Positions 7,793-18,149 are shown, counted from the stretch's first letter. The stretch is 56,936 nucleotides of DNA from Bacteroidia bacterium (GCA_035485295.1 DATHOD010000153.1:1-56936); one strand, 5' to 3'. A program made the numbers and translations. Notes: generated by a model not told the origin, from the sequence alone.

Positions 7793-9037
7793 TTACTCAG
7801 TAATAACCATTCTCTTGGTAACTACATTTCCATTCACTTTAAATGAGTAGAAATAAACACCAGGAGTAAATTCGTTAGCATTAAGGTTAACTACGTGTTG
7901 ACCAGGAGCTACATTGCTCATTGCATTTTCAACAAGTTTTCTTCCGGCTAAATCATATATACTGAATACAACATCTGAAGATTTTGTAAGGTTATAATTG
8001 ATCTGGCTATTCTTATTGAATGGGTTAGGAGCATTTTGAGCAACAGCCAATCCATTAGCAGAAACTTCGTTAATGCCATTTGGATTTGTAGTTACCATTG
8101 CTATAACATTAATATCTTCTTCGTAAGCAAATCCATCGCCAGCATCTGGCTTACCATCTCCATTGCAATCGTAGAATATATTAGCACCAGTTTTATCAGG
8201 CAATGTACCATAGCTAGCATATTCATTATACAAAAGGAAACTATTAGCCCAGAATTCACCACCAGCTGCAGTTGTTTTTACAATTGAATACGCAGATGTA
8301 TCAGCTAAACTGAAACTTCCTGTAGGGCATGGTCCGGTAAATGATGGGAAGCCATATATAAACCAACAGGTATCAAGTTTAGTATAATCGTAGTATTTAA
8401 CTGTAACTGCAAATTTAGCACCGGTAATCACACGGTTTAATCCCCATTCTACATTAGCAATAAAAGCATCACTTCCAGCGCCCAAAGTTGTACCGATCCA
8501 CATAGTATCAGCTAATTTTGTTGCTGTAGCATATCCGTTAGCATCTACAGAATTAAGTTGAACTTCCAGAGTATCCATATGTCCGCTATGGTTAGTCTGA
8601 ACAATTGGAATAACTAAAGTATCTACTTGAAGATTAGTTACAGTTGTTGAAGAAACACCCGCAACTTGGTATGGATCCCAGATAGAGTCAAATGCAACAG
8701 TTACAAAATTGATACAGTTATTATTTTGGAAAAAACTACTTGGCTTAGAACCATTACCTGTAGTATCAGCAGGATAAGCATACTTGGTATTCATTACCTC
8801 GCCTTGGTTGTTTACATAAGTTCCACCGGTACTTTCAAAAATAGAAGCGTCAGCAGAATCGTAGTTAAGAATATAAGTTCCGCTAGCCATTGCTTTTTTT
8901 GAAGTATGAAAACTTCCTTTAAGCACACTGTGTTGAACCTTATTGTTAGGATGAGAAACGCTCAACGTTTGAGCGGTAGCGCCGATGGTCATAAACGAAA
9001 GACCAGCAAGAGCGATAATTTGGTAAACCTTTTTCAT
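7793..9037 (-). CDS. secreted protein with T9SS type A C-terminal sorting domain, paralog 2
   Basis: 414 aa with a signal peptide. The CTD is nearly identical to that of 6311-7627 (NAPNPFNKNSQINY...GVYFYSFKVNGNVVTKRMVITE). Shared N-terminal motifs include NFVTVAFDSIWDPY versus NYVTVTYDTLWDAY. Confidence 0.85.
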   Translation of the reverse strand: MKKVYQIIALAGLSFMTIGATAQTLSVSHPNNKVQHSVLKGSFHTSKKAMASGTYILNYDSADASIFESTGGTYVNNQGEVMNTKYAYPADTTGNGSKPSSFFQNNNCINFVTVAFDSIWDPYQVAGVSSTTVTNLQVDTLVIPIVQTNHSGHMDTLEVQLNSVDANGYATATKLADTMWIGTTLGAGSDAFIANVEWGLNRVITGAKFAVTVKYYDYTKLDTCWFIYGFPSFTGPCPTGSFSLADTSAYSIVKTTAAGGEFWANSFLLYNEYASYGTLPDKTGANIFYDCNGDGKPDAGDGFAYEEDINVIAMVTTNPNGINEVSANGLAVAQNAPNPFNKNSQINYNLTKSSDVVFSIYDLAGRKLVENAMSNVAPGQHVVNLNANEFTPGVYFYSFKVNGNVVTKRMVITE

Positions 9038-9141
9038 AGTTATAGAGTTTAATTTTAGAATTTGAGCGACTAAATTATGCTTATTTTTTTAATCAGACAC
9101 ATTTTTAACATCTTTTTTATTAACAGAAACTTAATGAATCC

Positions 9142-9660
9142 TTAAAATTTGGGAATTGTCCATGTTCCCTGTATTTTCATTACCTGTTCAATAACATCGC
9201 GCACACAACCTTTACCACCCTGCTTATCAGATACATACGCACTTATTCCCTTAATCTCATCTACCGCATCATTAGGGCAAACGGGCACACCTACTCTACT
9301 CATCACTTCATGATCCACCAGATCATCGCCCATATATAGCACTTCTTCCATTTTAAGCTCATAAATAGACACGAATTCCTTCATTGCATCCAGCTTATTC
9401 TCCGTTTTAAGGTAAATATCGGTAATGCCAAGCCTATTTAAGCGTTGTTTTACTGCCATCGATGCTCCCCCGGTAATTATACATACATGAAGCCCGCTTT
9501 TAACAGCAAGCTTCATAGCAATGCTGTCACGCATATTCATTGTACGAACAAGCTCGCCATCGGGCATAAGTATTAACGTACTATCAGTCAGCACACCATC
9601 CACATCAAATGCTAGGGCTTTTACATTATGTAAAAGTTCTTTAAAGTTTTTTTGCTCCAT
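9142..9660 (-). CDS. kdsC: KDO 8-phosphate phosphatase (HAD-IIIA, YrbI family)
   Basis: 172 aa with FDVDGVLTD, ITGG and GDDLVD HAD motifs and the size typical of KdsC. Confidence 0.8.
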   Translation of the reverse strand: MEQKNFKELLHNVKALAFDVDGVLTDSTLILMPDGELVRTMNMRDSIAMKLAVKSGLHVCIITGGASMAVKQRLNRLGITDIYLKTENKLDAMKEFVSIYELKMEEVLYMGDDLVDHEVMSRVGVPVCPNDAVDEIKGISAYVSDKQGGKGCVRDVIEQVMKIQGTWTIPKF

Positions 9661-10435
9661 GTTTTGCCGATGATTGAATGCTTTGGGTAAGCAATTCGTA
9701 TAGTTTCAAGTACTGCTTATTCACTTTTAAAAGCTTCGAATGCTTTTTCAAAGTTCGTCTATCATTTCTTATTGCCGGGCCTGTCTGGCTCAATAATGGC
9801 TTTTGAACTTTTAGCTTATTTACCGTTTCCTCTATAAGTGGAAAAAGTATGTCAAAAGGAATATGTGCTTTTTCAGTTATATCATTAGCAACTGCAAAAA
9901 GATGGTTGGTGAAATTATTAGCGAATACAGCTGCCAGATGCAATTTAGCCCTTTGCGCAGAATTCAAATAATAGGCCTTCCCGCTTAAATCATTTACAAT
10001 CGAAGCAAGTTGTTTCTTGACTTTTTCATTCGATGCCTCTATACAAAATGGTGTATTAGGTTTTAATTTACTGCCACCAGAAAATGTTTGTAGTGGATAT
10101 AAAACTCCATAATTGGTTGATACTTTTTTCAATACTGAGGAATCAATACTGCCTGAAGTATGAATTACGATTTTATCCTTTAAGCACAATTTCTTCGCAA
10201 TTTCTTCTATTGTATCGTCCTTAACTGCAATAATATAAACATCCGCATTAACATCTATTTTTTTGATGTTGTTAGTGCTTGGTGTTTTTAATACTGCCGC
10301 AAGTTTTTTTGCTGAGGATAGTGTTTTACTGTATACCTGTACGATAGTGTATTTTTTTGCCAATGAACCACCCAAAGCAGATGCAACATTACCTGCCCCT
10401 ATAATGACAATCTTTTTTGAAGATGCTTTTTTCAT
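9641..10435 (-). CDS. Rossmann-fold NAD(P)-binding protein, DUF2520/ProC-like
   Basis: 264 aa with an IVIIGAGNVASALG dinucleotide-binding motif. Translationally overlapped with ccmF and kdsC. Confidence 0.6.
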   Translation of the reverse strand: MKKASSKKIVIIGAGNVASALGGSLAKKYTIVQVYSKTLSSAKKLAAVLKTPSTNNIKKIDVNADVYIIAVKDDTIEEIAKKLCLKDKIVIHTSGSIDSSVLKKVSTNYGVLYPLQTFSGGSKLKPNTPFCIEASNEKVKKQLASIVNDLSGKAYYLNSAQRAKLHLAAVFANNFTNHLFAVANDITEKAHIPFDILFPLIEETVNKLKVQKPLLSQTGPAIRNDRRTLKKHSKLLKVNKQYLKLYELLTQSIQSSAKHGAKKL

Positions 10436-12885
10436 TGTGCACTCGAAGCATTTTTTGCTTCTCTACTCTTAATTATGCGTTGCCTTATAGCAAGCGTTGT
10501 ACCTAACACCATAATAAGACAACCCATCCATAATATATTTATATAAGGAAATACAACTGCTTCCATTACTATAAAATCTTTAGCTGTATGCTTTGATTCA
10601 GATACTGCTATTTCTACTTTTTTTGTATCAGGGTTAACCTTTCTGAATGAGAATTTCAGTCCCAACGGTTTTAATCCTACATCAACCGATTGCACCACAT
10701 CGTTCGAAATAACATATACCGGTTCTGCCGTATAGACTTTATCATTTACATCTATCACCTTTAAAATGGCTCCAACGGCAATATCATTTGCCTTAAGGTG
10801 GTACTGGATCTTATCTATCTTAGTGTCTAATGCAGTAAGTACAATAATACTGTTCGACGAGAACATAGTATCACCTACCGAAAGCATTTGTGATTTTGGA
10901 GCGGTGAATTCACTGCCCGGATTTTCATCCTGAAGATTTTGAAGATCGGAGAAAGTTATATGTGTGTAAATATCCTCAGTTAAAAAGTGTTTGGTAGATG
11001 GCTCTGCTACATTCCCCATTTGTTGATTAAGCTGCACAATGGGATGAAGCGTGAATTCATGTGTATACTTATTCGTCTGTTCATTCTTACTCATGTATTC
11101 TACAGAATAGAAAATATTAACACCTATTTGCTCTTTTCCAAGATAGGTTACAAAATAATTACCCATACGCAGTGTATCGCCCTGGGTGAGCAATATATTG
11201 GTAGCATTTGAATAATCCTTTCCCAGCGACTCTACACTTTTGCCAGATGTATTAACCGAAATGACTTGCTTTTGCGAAGTGGAAATAAGCGCTCCCATAA
11301 TTATAAACCCAAAACCAACGTGAGCGAATGAGGCACCAGCCTTTAGAAAGTTCGATTTTTTATTCTTTACCCAATAATAGAAGTTTGCACAAACCGCTAA
11401 CCATGCCACAGAAAGAAGTCCAATATAAAACCCATTCCTTTCCCTTAATACCCATCCAGAAATTGCACCAAGCAAAACAGAAACAACAACCGGAATCCTT
11501 ATCTGCTGCCAGAATTGCTTCATGTCTGTCTTCTTGAATTTAAAATACAAACCAATTGCAACAAGCAATAATATTATAATGGCAAATGGTATCTGCCATT
11601 TATTGTAATAACCCTTCATATCGAGCGGTGGAGCTTGATTAAGGTTGAATAGTTTATTGGTAACAGGAATAGATGTAGTAATAATAATTTGCAGGCAAGA
11701 CATGAGCAAAACCAATGAACCGAGGAACATCCAGAATTCACGGGACCATAGGTCTTCTTCTTCTTTAACCTTTGGCATTTTTCTCCAATTTACAAGAAGC
11801 AACACTACTGATAGTGCAATAAAGAAAAGCAAGTAAATAAGTAATTGACCCGACATACCTAAGTCGGTAAATGCATGCACCGATGTATTGCCTAATATAC
11901 CACTGCGGGTTAAGAAGGTAGAATACAACACAAGGATAAATGTGATAATTGGGAATGCAAACGTTGAGAAGAGCGAATTCTTTCGTGCCTTATAAATGAT
12001 CATTACGTGACCTGCACCAACATAGGTAAGCCAAGGTATTAGTGAGGCATTTTCAACCGGATCCCAACCCCAGAAACCACCAAAGCTAAGTGCTTCGTAT
12101 GCCCAGGCACCACCCATCAAGATACCTGTACCCAATATCATTATCCCGAAAAAGGTCCATGGTAAAGCATCAAGCTGCCAACCCCCATATTCCTTTTTCC
12201 ACAAGCCGGCAATGGCATACGCAAATGGAACAACCGTAGAAGCAAAACCTAAGAAAAGAGTTGGAGGATGTATTGTCATCCAATAATTCTGCAGGAGTGG
12301 GTTCAGTCCACGTCCATCCAATTTAGATACGTAGTCAGGTATGCTGAACACAGGAATGTTAGCATATTCAGGTGTTTGGCGCAAGAGTATAAAAGGGTTG
12401 CTTCCAAGCCTCCATCCAAAAACATAAAACCCAAGCAACATAGAAGCGAGGAATACTTGTACCAATGAAATAGTTGCCATAACAGGCGATTCCCATTTTT
12501 GGGCAGTGCGAATAAGTATATTACCAATTACTACTTGCCAGAATGTCCACAATAAAAAGCTTCCCTCCTGCCCTTCCCAAAAACAAGCAAGGGTGTAACG
12601 CTTTGGCATAACGCTATTAGAATGTTCCCATACATAATAGTATTCATAGTAATGCAGAAATATCATGCAGAACAATGTCGCCATGATACTGATGACAGAA
12701 AGGGAATGAATACGGAAGCATATCCTTCCTAACTTCTTCCAGGAGCCATTCTCTAATTCATTTTCAGAAGCTGCACGGAAGTATGCAAAAGCTGCAAGTA
12801 AAGCTGAAGCAAATGAAAGAAAAATGAAAAAATTACCGGCTTTACCCCACCAAATATGTTCGCCTATATATGTTATATTGTCCAC
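10432..12885 (-). CDS. ccmF: cytochrome c-type biogenesis heme lyase CcmF/NrfE family
   Basis: 817 aa, polytopic. W-rich motif FGGFWGWDPVENASL. Located in the ccm gene cluster. Confidence 0.88.
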   Translation of the reverse strand: MDNITYIGEHIWWGKAGNFFIFLSFASALLAAFAYFRAASENELENGSWKKLGRICFRIHSLSVISIMATLFCMIFLHYYEYYYVWEHSNSVMPKRYTLACFWEGQEGSFLLWTFWQVVIGNILIRTAQKWESPVMATISLVQVFLASMLLGFYVFGWRLGSNPFILLRQTPEYANIPVFSIPDYVSKLDGRGLNPLLQNYWMTIHPPTLFLGFASTVVPFAYAIAGLWKKEYGGWQLDALPWTFFGIMILGTGILMGGAWAYEALSFGGFWGWDPVENASLIPWLTYVGAGHVMIIYKARKNSLFSTFAFPIITFILVLYSTFLTRSGILGNTSVHAFTDLGMSGQLLIYLLFFIALSVVLLLVNWRKMPKVKEEEDLWSREFWMFLGSLVLLMSCLQIIITTSIPVTNKLFNLNQAPPLDMKGYYNKWQIPFAIIILLLVAIGLYFKFKKTDMKQFWQQIRIPVVVSVLLGAISGWVLRERNGFYIGLLSVAWLAVCANFYYWVKNKKSNFLKAGASFAHVGFGFIIMGALISTSQKQVISVNTSGKSVESLGKDYSNATNILLTQGDTLRMGNYFVTYLGKEQIGVNIFYSVEYMSKNEQTNKYTHEFTLHPIVQLNQQMGNVAEPSTKHFLTEDIYTHITFSDLQNLQDENPGSEFTAPKSQMLSVGDTMFSSNSIIVLTALDTKIDKIQYHLKANDIAVGAILKVIDVNDKVYTAEPVYVISNDVVQSVDVGLKPLGLKFSFRKVNPDTKKVEIAVSESKHTAKDFIVMEAVVFPYINILWMGCLIMVLGTTLAIRQRIIKSREAKNASSAQ

Positions 12886-12894
12886 AGGCTTGGC

Positions 12895-13299
12895 TTACAA
12901 TGAACTGGATTTCTTTTCGGTAGGAGTGCCATCATTATATTTCGACGGGCATTTCATTAGCACATCGTTGGCTGCAAATTCATCGGTGCCTTGTGCTTTT
13001 CCTATTACTACTATCTGGTCAGAATGTTCAAAATCATCTGGCTTAGGCCTGCCAAGGGTAACTTTACGTTCTGTACCATCCTTGTCAATCAGGTAAAATG
13101 TAAATAAGTTAGGATTGATATGCGGGTCGTACAAAAATGGCTTTGCCCTGTCAAGCTTACCAACCACATGGAAAGTACTATTCTCATGTGCACTTGCTTC
13201 TTTAAACGAAGCGTAAGTACTGTTATTCGATAACGATGCCAGTATCACCCCAAATGCAATGGCAATAACAATTATAGCTATTATATATGTCTTTTTCAT
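12895..13299 (-). CDS. ccmE: cytochrome c maturation heme chaperone CcmE, CxxxY variant
   Basis: 134 aa with a single N-terminal TM helix and an OB-fold-like body. The C-terminal LMKCPSKYNDG has Cys where E. coli has the heme-binding His (HxxxY). Confidence 0.8.
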   Translation of the reverse strand: MKKTYIIAIIVIAIAFGVILASLSNNSTYASFKEASAHENSTFHVVGKLDRAKPFLYDPHINPNLFTFYLIDKDGTERKVTLGRPKPDDFEHSDQIVVIGKAQGTDEFAANDVLMKCPSKYNDGTPTEKKSSSL

Positions 13300-13541
13300 T
13301 ATTCCTTTAATTGATTCTCAGCTTCTATATTCTTCTCCATTTTATTCACTTTCCTATCTATACTTATCAGGTACATTAATAGGCCCGCAAGTATAATAAG
13401 CACTACCGAAACTACTACATATATTTTACCCGAACTTCTTAAACCATCTGCCATTTCAACATTACCAACTGTTTCCTGCGCAAATAGAGAGCCACTGCAA
13501 AGTACCATAAGAAGGAGCAAAATGAACCTGATATTTCTCAT
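13299..13541 (-). CDS. ccmD: CcmD-like small membrane protein
   Basis: 80 aa with a signal-like N-terminus plus one TM helix, positioned between ccmC and ccmE with overlapping stops and starts. Confidence 0.6.
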   Translation of the reverse strand: MRNIRFILLLLMVLCSGSLFAQETVGNVEMADGLRSSGKIYVVVSVVLIILAGLLMYLISIDRKVNKMEKNIEAENQLKE

Positions 13542-14227
13542 ACGTTTTTATTTAAGTAGTAACGTTTAATTCTTTCCGTGCGGATGTTAATTGAAGCAAC
13601 CCATACACATAATAATAACCAACCAATAACAGCAGGATAAAACACCATACGCATATGGCTGTCGAGGTCATATGAGTTAAACCCCGGATTGCCCCCATTG
13701 CCAGGGTGCAACGAATCGACATTATTAAGGCGGGGATATATCATAATGAACACTATCATCATTACATAGGCGAATATGTTGTAAACGGCAGATACACGAG
13801 CCTTTCTTTGTTCATCATCTATCGAACCACGTAACACTATATATGCAAAATAGCTGAGTATGCTTATGGCAGCGCCATTAAGCTTAGGGTCATTTATCCA
13901 CCATGCACCCCAGGTATATCTTGCCCAGAGTGAGCCTGTGATCAAACCAAGCACGCCAAAAACCATTCCGGCATTAACACATTGTGAGGCGATTATATCC
14001 CTATCCTCAGTAGCATTCATAAGGTACCTTATACTGTTTACAAGCGATACAGTTAGAATAAAAATCATGGCAAACCACATACACACGTGGAAATAGAGGT
14101 TTCTTATACTTTCATGTAAAATAGGCAATGCAGGAACCGGAAGCAGGAAACCTGCCACACAGGTATATATAAGAAAGATGGCGCATAATGCCTTCCACCA
14201 CGTAGCCGAAAATATGTCTTTCTTCAT
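13538..14227 (-). CDS. ccmC: heme exporter protein CcmC
   Basis: 229 aa, polytopic. W-rich motif WARYTWGAWWINDPK. Confidence 0.85.
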   Translation of the reverse strand: MKKDIFSATWWKALCAIFLIYTCVAGFLLPVPALPILHESIRNLYFHVCMWFAMIFILTVSLVNSIRYLMNATEDRDIIASQCVNAGMVFGVLGLITGSLWARYTWGAWWINDPKLNGAAISILSYFAYIVLRGSIDDEQRKARVSAVYNIFAYVMMIVFIMIYPRLNNVDSLHPGNGGNPGFNSYDLDSHMRMVFYPAVIGWLLLCVWVASINIRTERIKRYYLNKNV

Positions 14228-14266
14228 AATATGGCCTTAGATAAAATTACCACGGGAGGCCCTTTT

Positions 14267-14947
14267 TTAATCGCGCCAAAGATAGGCAAATAATAAATAA
14301 CAAAGAGCCACAATTATGCCATCTAATGCAAGTATTGAGGCAAGGTATCCCCCAGCATTATCAAGCTCAGAACCCTGCAGACACATGCCCGAAAGATGCT
14401 GTGCCGTAATAAGTAAAGGAACCATTAGCGGAAAGCTGATTACCGCCATAAGTGTAAAGCCGCCTCCGCCTTTTGAAGAAATAGCAAATGCCATAGTAAG
14501 TAATGATGAAATACCCCAAACAGTAAGTATCATATTGGCAAGAAAAACCATGGCATTGCTTAAGGGATAGCCCACAAAAAAGATAAACCCGATAAGGGCC
14601 ATTATGCTTACAAAGAACATAAAGAGTCCATTATAAACCAGGCGAGCAAGAATAAATTTGCGTGGGGAAACAAGGGTATATATGTATAGCATTTCCCCTT
14701 CCCTGCCTGCAAAACTGCCCGAGGCAGCAAACATAGAAATAAAAATTATGAGTATCCAGAAAAGGGCGTTCCAGGTGATGGGCTCAAGGTCGTGCTGAAA
14801 AGCAAGGTAGCTTATATACACCGTACTTCCTATATAAAGCAATATTGCCAACCAGGACTTTCTGCTCCTAAGTTCATGGCGCAATTCACGTTGTATTATA
14901 GCTATAGTTTGATTCATACGATACAAAAGTGAGGAAAAATCGAACAC
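14267..14947 (-). CDS. ccmB: heme exporter permease CcmB
   Basis: 226 aa with 6 predicted TM helices. CcmB-like N-terminus (IIQRELRHELRSR). Located in the ccm cluster. Confidence 0.75.
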   Translation of the reverse strand: MFDFSSLLYRMNQTIAIIQRELRHELRSRKSWLAILLYIGSTVYISYLAFQHDLEPITWNALFWILIIFISMFAASGSFAGREGEMLYIYTLVSPRKFILARLVYNGLFMFFVSIMALIGFIFFVGYPLSNAMVFLANMILTVWGISSLLTMAFAISSKGGGGFTLMAVISFPLMVPLLITAQHLSGMCLQGSELDNAGGYLASILALDGIIVALCYLLFAYLWRD

Positions 14948-14975
14948 CAGTAATTAGCATCCTATTTAAATCTAA

Positions 14976-16229
14976 TTACATTGTCAGAAACAATGCAACT
15001 GCCGCTACTGTCATTATTATTAAGGTAATCCAACCCAGAATATTTGATATTGGCTTATTGGTGAATTCCCCCATGATTTTTTTATTGTTGCAAATATGTA
15101 AAATGAGTGCAATAAGCACCGGAGCGGTTACACCGTATACTATTGCAGTAAATATCAATGCTTTTATAGGGTTAATTCCAATCAGGTTTATGGCAAAACC
15201 TATAAGTATTGAAATTGCCAATATCATGTAAAAGCCTTTTGCTTCGTGCCATTTCTTATTAAGCCCTTGTTTCCATCCGAAAGTTTCTGCCAACATATAC
15301 GATACAGACCCTGCAAGCACAGGAATAGCCAATAATCCGGTACTTATTACCCCAATTGCAAAAAGAAGATATGCAGAATTCCCTGCTAAAGGTTTTAGTG
15401 CCGAGGCTGCATCCTGAACAGTATTAATAGTTGTTATTCCACCTCGAAACAAAACGGAACCGGTAGCCAGAATAATAAAATACATTACCAGGTTTGAGAA
15501 GAACATACCGAAATTAACATCAAAGCGCATGCCGGTCAGGCGGGCCTTATCAACCATTATAGTTTGTACTTTACCTTCTTGCTCTTCCCTCTCCATTGAT
15601 GCTTGCCAGAAAAAAAGATAGGGAGAAATTGTTGTTCCGAGAATTGCCACAAATATGGCGATGTATCCTTTATCCCATTTGAATTGAGGCAGAAATGTAG
15701 CTTTCAATATTGCCCAGTTATCTTGCTTTACCAGAAAGGGAATAATAATATAAAGCATAAGGGTTACACAAAGCCATTTTAAGATATCTGCAATCTTTCG
15801 GTATGGAAAAAAAATAAGGCAGACTATAAGAAGGCCAACAAAAAGAAATGAGAAAATAATACTATTAACTGAAGGGCATAGCATGTTTGCTACAGCACCC
15901 ATTCCTGCAATATCTGCCCCAATATTCAACACTATTGCAGGAAACGAGACGAAAAGCACAAGATATAGAAAAGGCTTTGAATAATATTTTTTAAGTGTTG
16001 CAGCCAACCCAGTCGAGGTAACTATTCCTATACGAGCGCACATACCCTGTATTGCAGCCATTAATGGGAAGGTGATTATTGCAGTCCATAATGTAGTTAA
16101 CCCAAATGCTGCACCCGCCTGCGAATAAGTAGCAATTCCTGAAGGGTCATCATCACTTGCCCCGGTAACAAACCCCGGGCCAAGTAGTTTCCAAAAGTTT
16201 TTAGTCTTTTTTACAGGATCTACTTTCAT
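14976..16229 (-). CDS. mntH: Nramp-family divalent metal cation transporter
   Basis: 417 aa. N-terminal GPGFVTGASDDDPSGIATYSQAGA signature of the Nramp family. Confidence 0.8.
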   Translation of the reverse strand: MKVDPVKKTKNFWKLLGPGFVTGASDDDPSGIATYSQAGAAFGLTTLWTAIITFPLMAAIQGMCARIGIVTSTGLAATLKKYYSKPFLYLVLFVSFPAIVLNIGADIAGMGAVANMLCPSVNSIIFSFLFVGLLIVCLIFFPYRKIADILKWLCVTLMLYIIIPFLVKQDNWAILKATFLPQFKWDKGYIAIFVAILGTTISPYLFFWQASMEREEQEGKVQTIMVDKARLTGMRFDVNFGMFFSNLVMYFIILATGSVLFRGGITTINTVQDAASALKPLAGNSAYLLFAIGVISTGLLAIPVLAGSVSYMLAETFGWKQGLNKKWHEAKGFYMILAISILIGFAINLIGINPIKALIFTAIVYGVTAPVLIALILHICNNKKIMGEFTNKPISNILGWITLIIMTVAAVALFLTM

Positions 16230-16249
16230 ATAAAGACAAAGGTATACGG

Positions 16250-17707
16250 TTATACGCTACTATTCCCAACAGGGATATTTACAACAAAGGTAGTCCCCTT
16301 ATTTACTTCGCTGCTAAAACTGATAGTCCCACCTATAAATTCAGCATAACGTTTTACTATATATAATCCAAGTCCTGTTCCTGAAATGTTTACTGCATTG
16401 CCCGCCCTAAAGAACCTATCGAAAAGGTGTGGCTTATCCGCCTCAGGTATACCTATTCCATTATCTTTTACTGAAATGCTTATTTCATTATCGGCACTGG
16501 CAATAGTAATGTTTATATGGCTCTTTTCAGGTGAGTACTTAATTGCATTATTAAGCAGGTTCGTAAGTATTATGCGCACAATGTTCTTATCAGTAAATAC
16601 TTCTCTTTTATCCGCTGTGTACAAATAATTTATCTGCTGACCGGGTTTAACCACCGTCTGTAATTCTTCCACCACTTCACCACAAAACCTATCTAGGTTG
16701 AACATAGCCGGATTAGCTTCTATAAAGCCCGCCTCAACCTTATCCAATGAAAGAAAATCATTTAAGATGTTCGTGAGATTCCTTACTGTAGTTTTTATTC
16801 TGCCAATATGCTTGGAACGATTTTCTATTTGTGCCGAATCATTGTATTTTTCTACCAGAGAAGCTGATGAGAGTATAGTGCTTAAAGGAGTTCTGAATTC
16901 ATGTGACGCCATAGCAACGAAACGAGTTTTCAATTCATTTAATTGCTTTTCCTTCTCCAATGCCGTTGTTATCTCTTCCAATTCAATCTTATCTGTAATA
17001 TCTTCTCCGGCAGTTAAGAGAGATTCCATATTACCGTTAACGTCTTTAATAACAATAGCCTTCCATTTGATAAGGCGCCTTCTGCCATCTTTAGTTAGTA
17101 CAAAGTTCTGATATCCTTCGTTAAATGGTATGCCATTAGCCACCGCATTCTGAAAGACCTCATATGACCTGTCGCGCATTTCAGGCGGAACAAAGTTGTC
17201 TATCCAGTTCTTGCCAACCACCTCTTTCTCCTCATAACCAAGTATTTCGCAACCAGTTTTATTGATCAGCCTTATCTTACCATCGGGGCCCCCAACCAGG
17301 AAAAAAAGTGGGGCTATGTCTAAATATCTCTGGGCCGTTTCCTGGCTCTTTTTCATATCCTCCTGAGTCTTTTTAAATTTTATGACAAGAAATGCGGTAA
17401 CCCAAATACTCAACAATGAGGATGACCGGGTATAAATAAAACTCATGAATTTAGCAGGGTCAATAGTAGGTATAGAAAAATAAAAGCCGGTTATAATGAA
17501 TAACGATGCCGTAACGGCAAATATGTATGTATATCGCCTTGATGGAATAAGCATGGTTAGCAATATCACAGCCATATAAGCAAATGATATGGCTGTATCC
17601 AGGCGGGTAACAATTTGAAGAATAAGCAGGAGTATAATTAACCCGATACAGGCTATTATATAATTAAGTCCTTCTCTCTTTTTTACTTCCTTAATCATAG
17701 ATGACAA
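16250..17707 (-). CDS. membrane PAS-domain sensor histidine kinase (no adjacent response regulator)
   Basis: 485 aa with N-terminal TM helices and a PAS-like segment. H-box MASHEFRTPL. N/G boxes (LLNNAIKYSP, DNGIGIP, GTGLGL). Confidence 0.85.
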   Translation of the reverse strand: MSSMIKEVKKREGLNYIIACIGLIILLLILQIVTRLDTAISFAYMAVILLTMLIPSRRYTYIFAVTASLFIITGFYFSIPTIDPAKFMSFIYTRSSSLLSIWVTAFLVIKFKKTQEDMKKSQETAQRYLDIAPLFFLVGGPDGKIRLINKTGCEILGYEEKEVVGKNWIDNFVPPEMRDRSYEVFQNAVANGIPFNEGYQNFVLTKDGRRRLIKWKAIVIKDVNGNMESLLTAGEDITDKIELEEITTALEKEKQLNELKTRFVAMASHEFRTPLSTILSSASLVEKYNDSAQIENRSKHIGRIKTTVRNLTNILNDFLSLDKVEAGFIEANPAMFNLDRFCGEVVEELQTVVKPGQQINYLYTADKREVFTDKNIVRIILTNLLNNAIKYSPEKSHINITIASADNEISISVKDNGIGIPEADKPHLFDRFFRAGNAVNISGTGLGLYIVKRYAEFIGGTISFSSEVNKGTTFVVNIPVGNSSV

Positions 17708-17831
17708 ATATAGTCTGAATTAAAAAAGGGCAGCTTTTTAGAGTAAAATCATAGATTTATTGATAAATTCGCCCCTGAAACCGATAAATGATGCACGTTT
17801 CATTAATAATTGAAGATTTTGCCCTGAAAGG

Positions 17832-17861
17832 TTGTATCAAATAATTAATTTTCTATCTTTG
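17832..17861 (+). promoter_or_regulatory. putative Bacteroidetes-type promoter of rpmB-rpmG
   Basis: TTG at 17832-17834 and TATCTTTG at 17854-17861 with a 19-nt spacer, 23 nt upstream of the rpmB ATG. Confidence 0.5.
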
Positions 17862-17884
17862 CATCCCCAAAAAAACAGGAACTC

Positions 17885-18121
17885 ATGTCAAGAATATGTC
17901 AAATTACAGGGAAAAAGGCGATGGTAGGAAACAATGTTTCCCACTCTAACCGTAAGAGCAAGCGCAAGTTTAACCCAAACCTGCAAGAGAAACGCTTTTA
18001 TGTGCCGGAAGAGAAGAAATGGGTAACCGTTAAGGTATCTACTTCTGCTATTAAGATAATTAACAGAAGGGGCATTTACGCCTGCCTGAAAGAAGCCAGG
18101 GAAAAAGGCTTCATGAAATAA
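17885..18121 (+). CDS. rpmB: 50S ribosomal protein L28
   Basis: 78 aa, [22 protein letters not shown]... typical of L28. Confidence 0.93.
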   Translation: MSRICQITGKKAMVGNNVSHSNRKSKRKFNPNLQEKRFYVPEEKKWVTVKVSTSAIKIINRRGIYACLKEAREKGFMK

Positions 18122-18149
18122 ATCAACCAAGAACTAAAACCTACGCATC

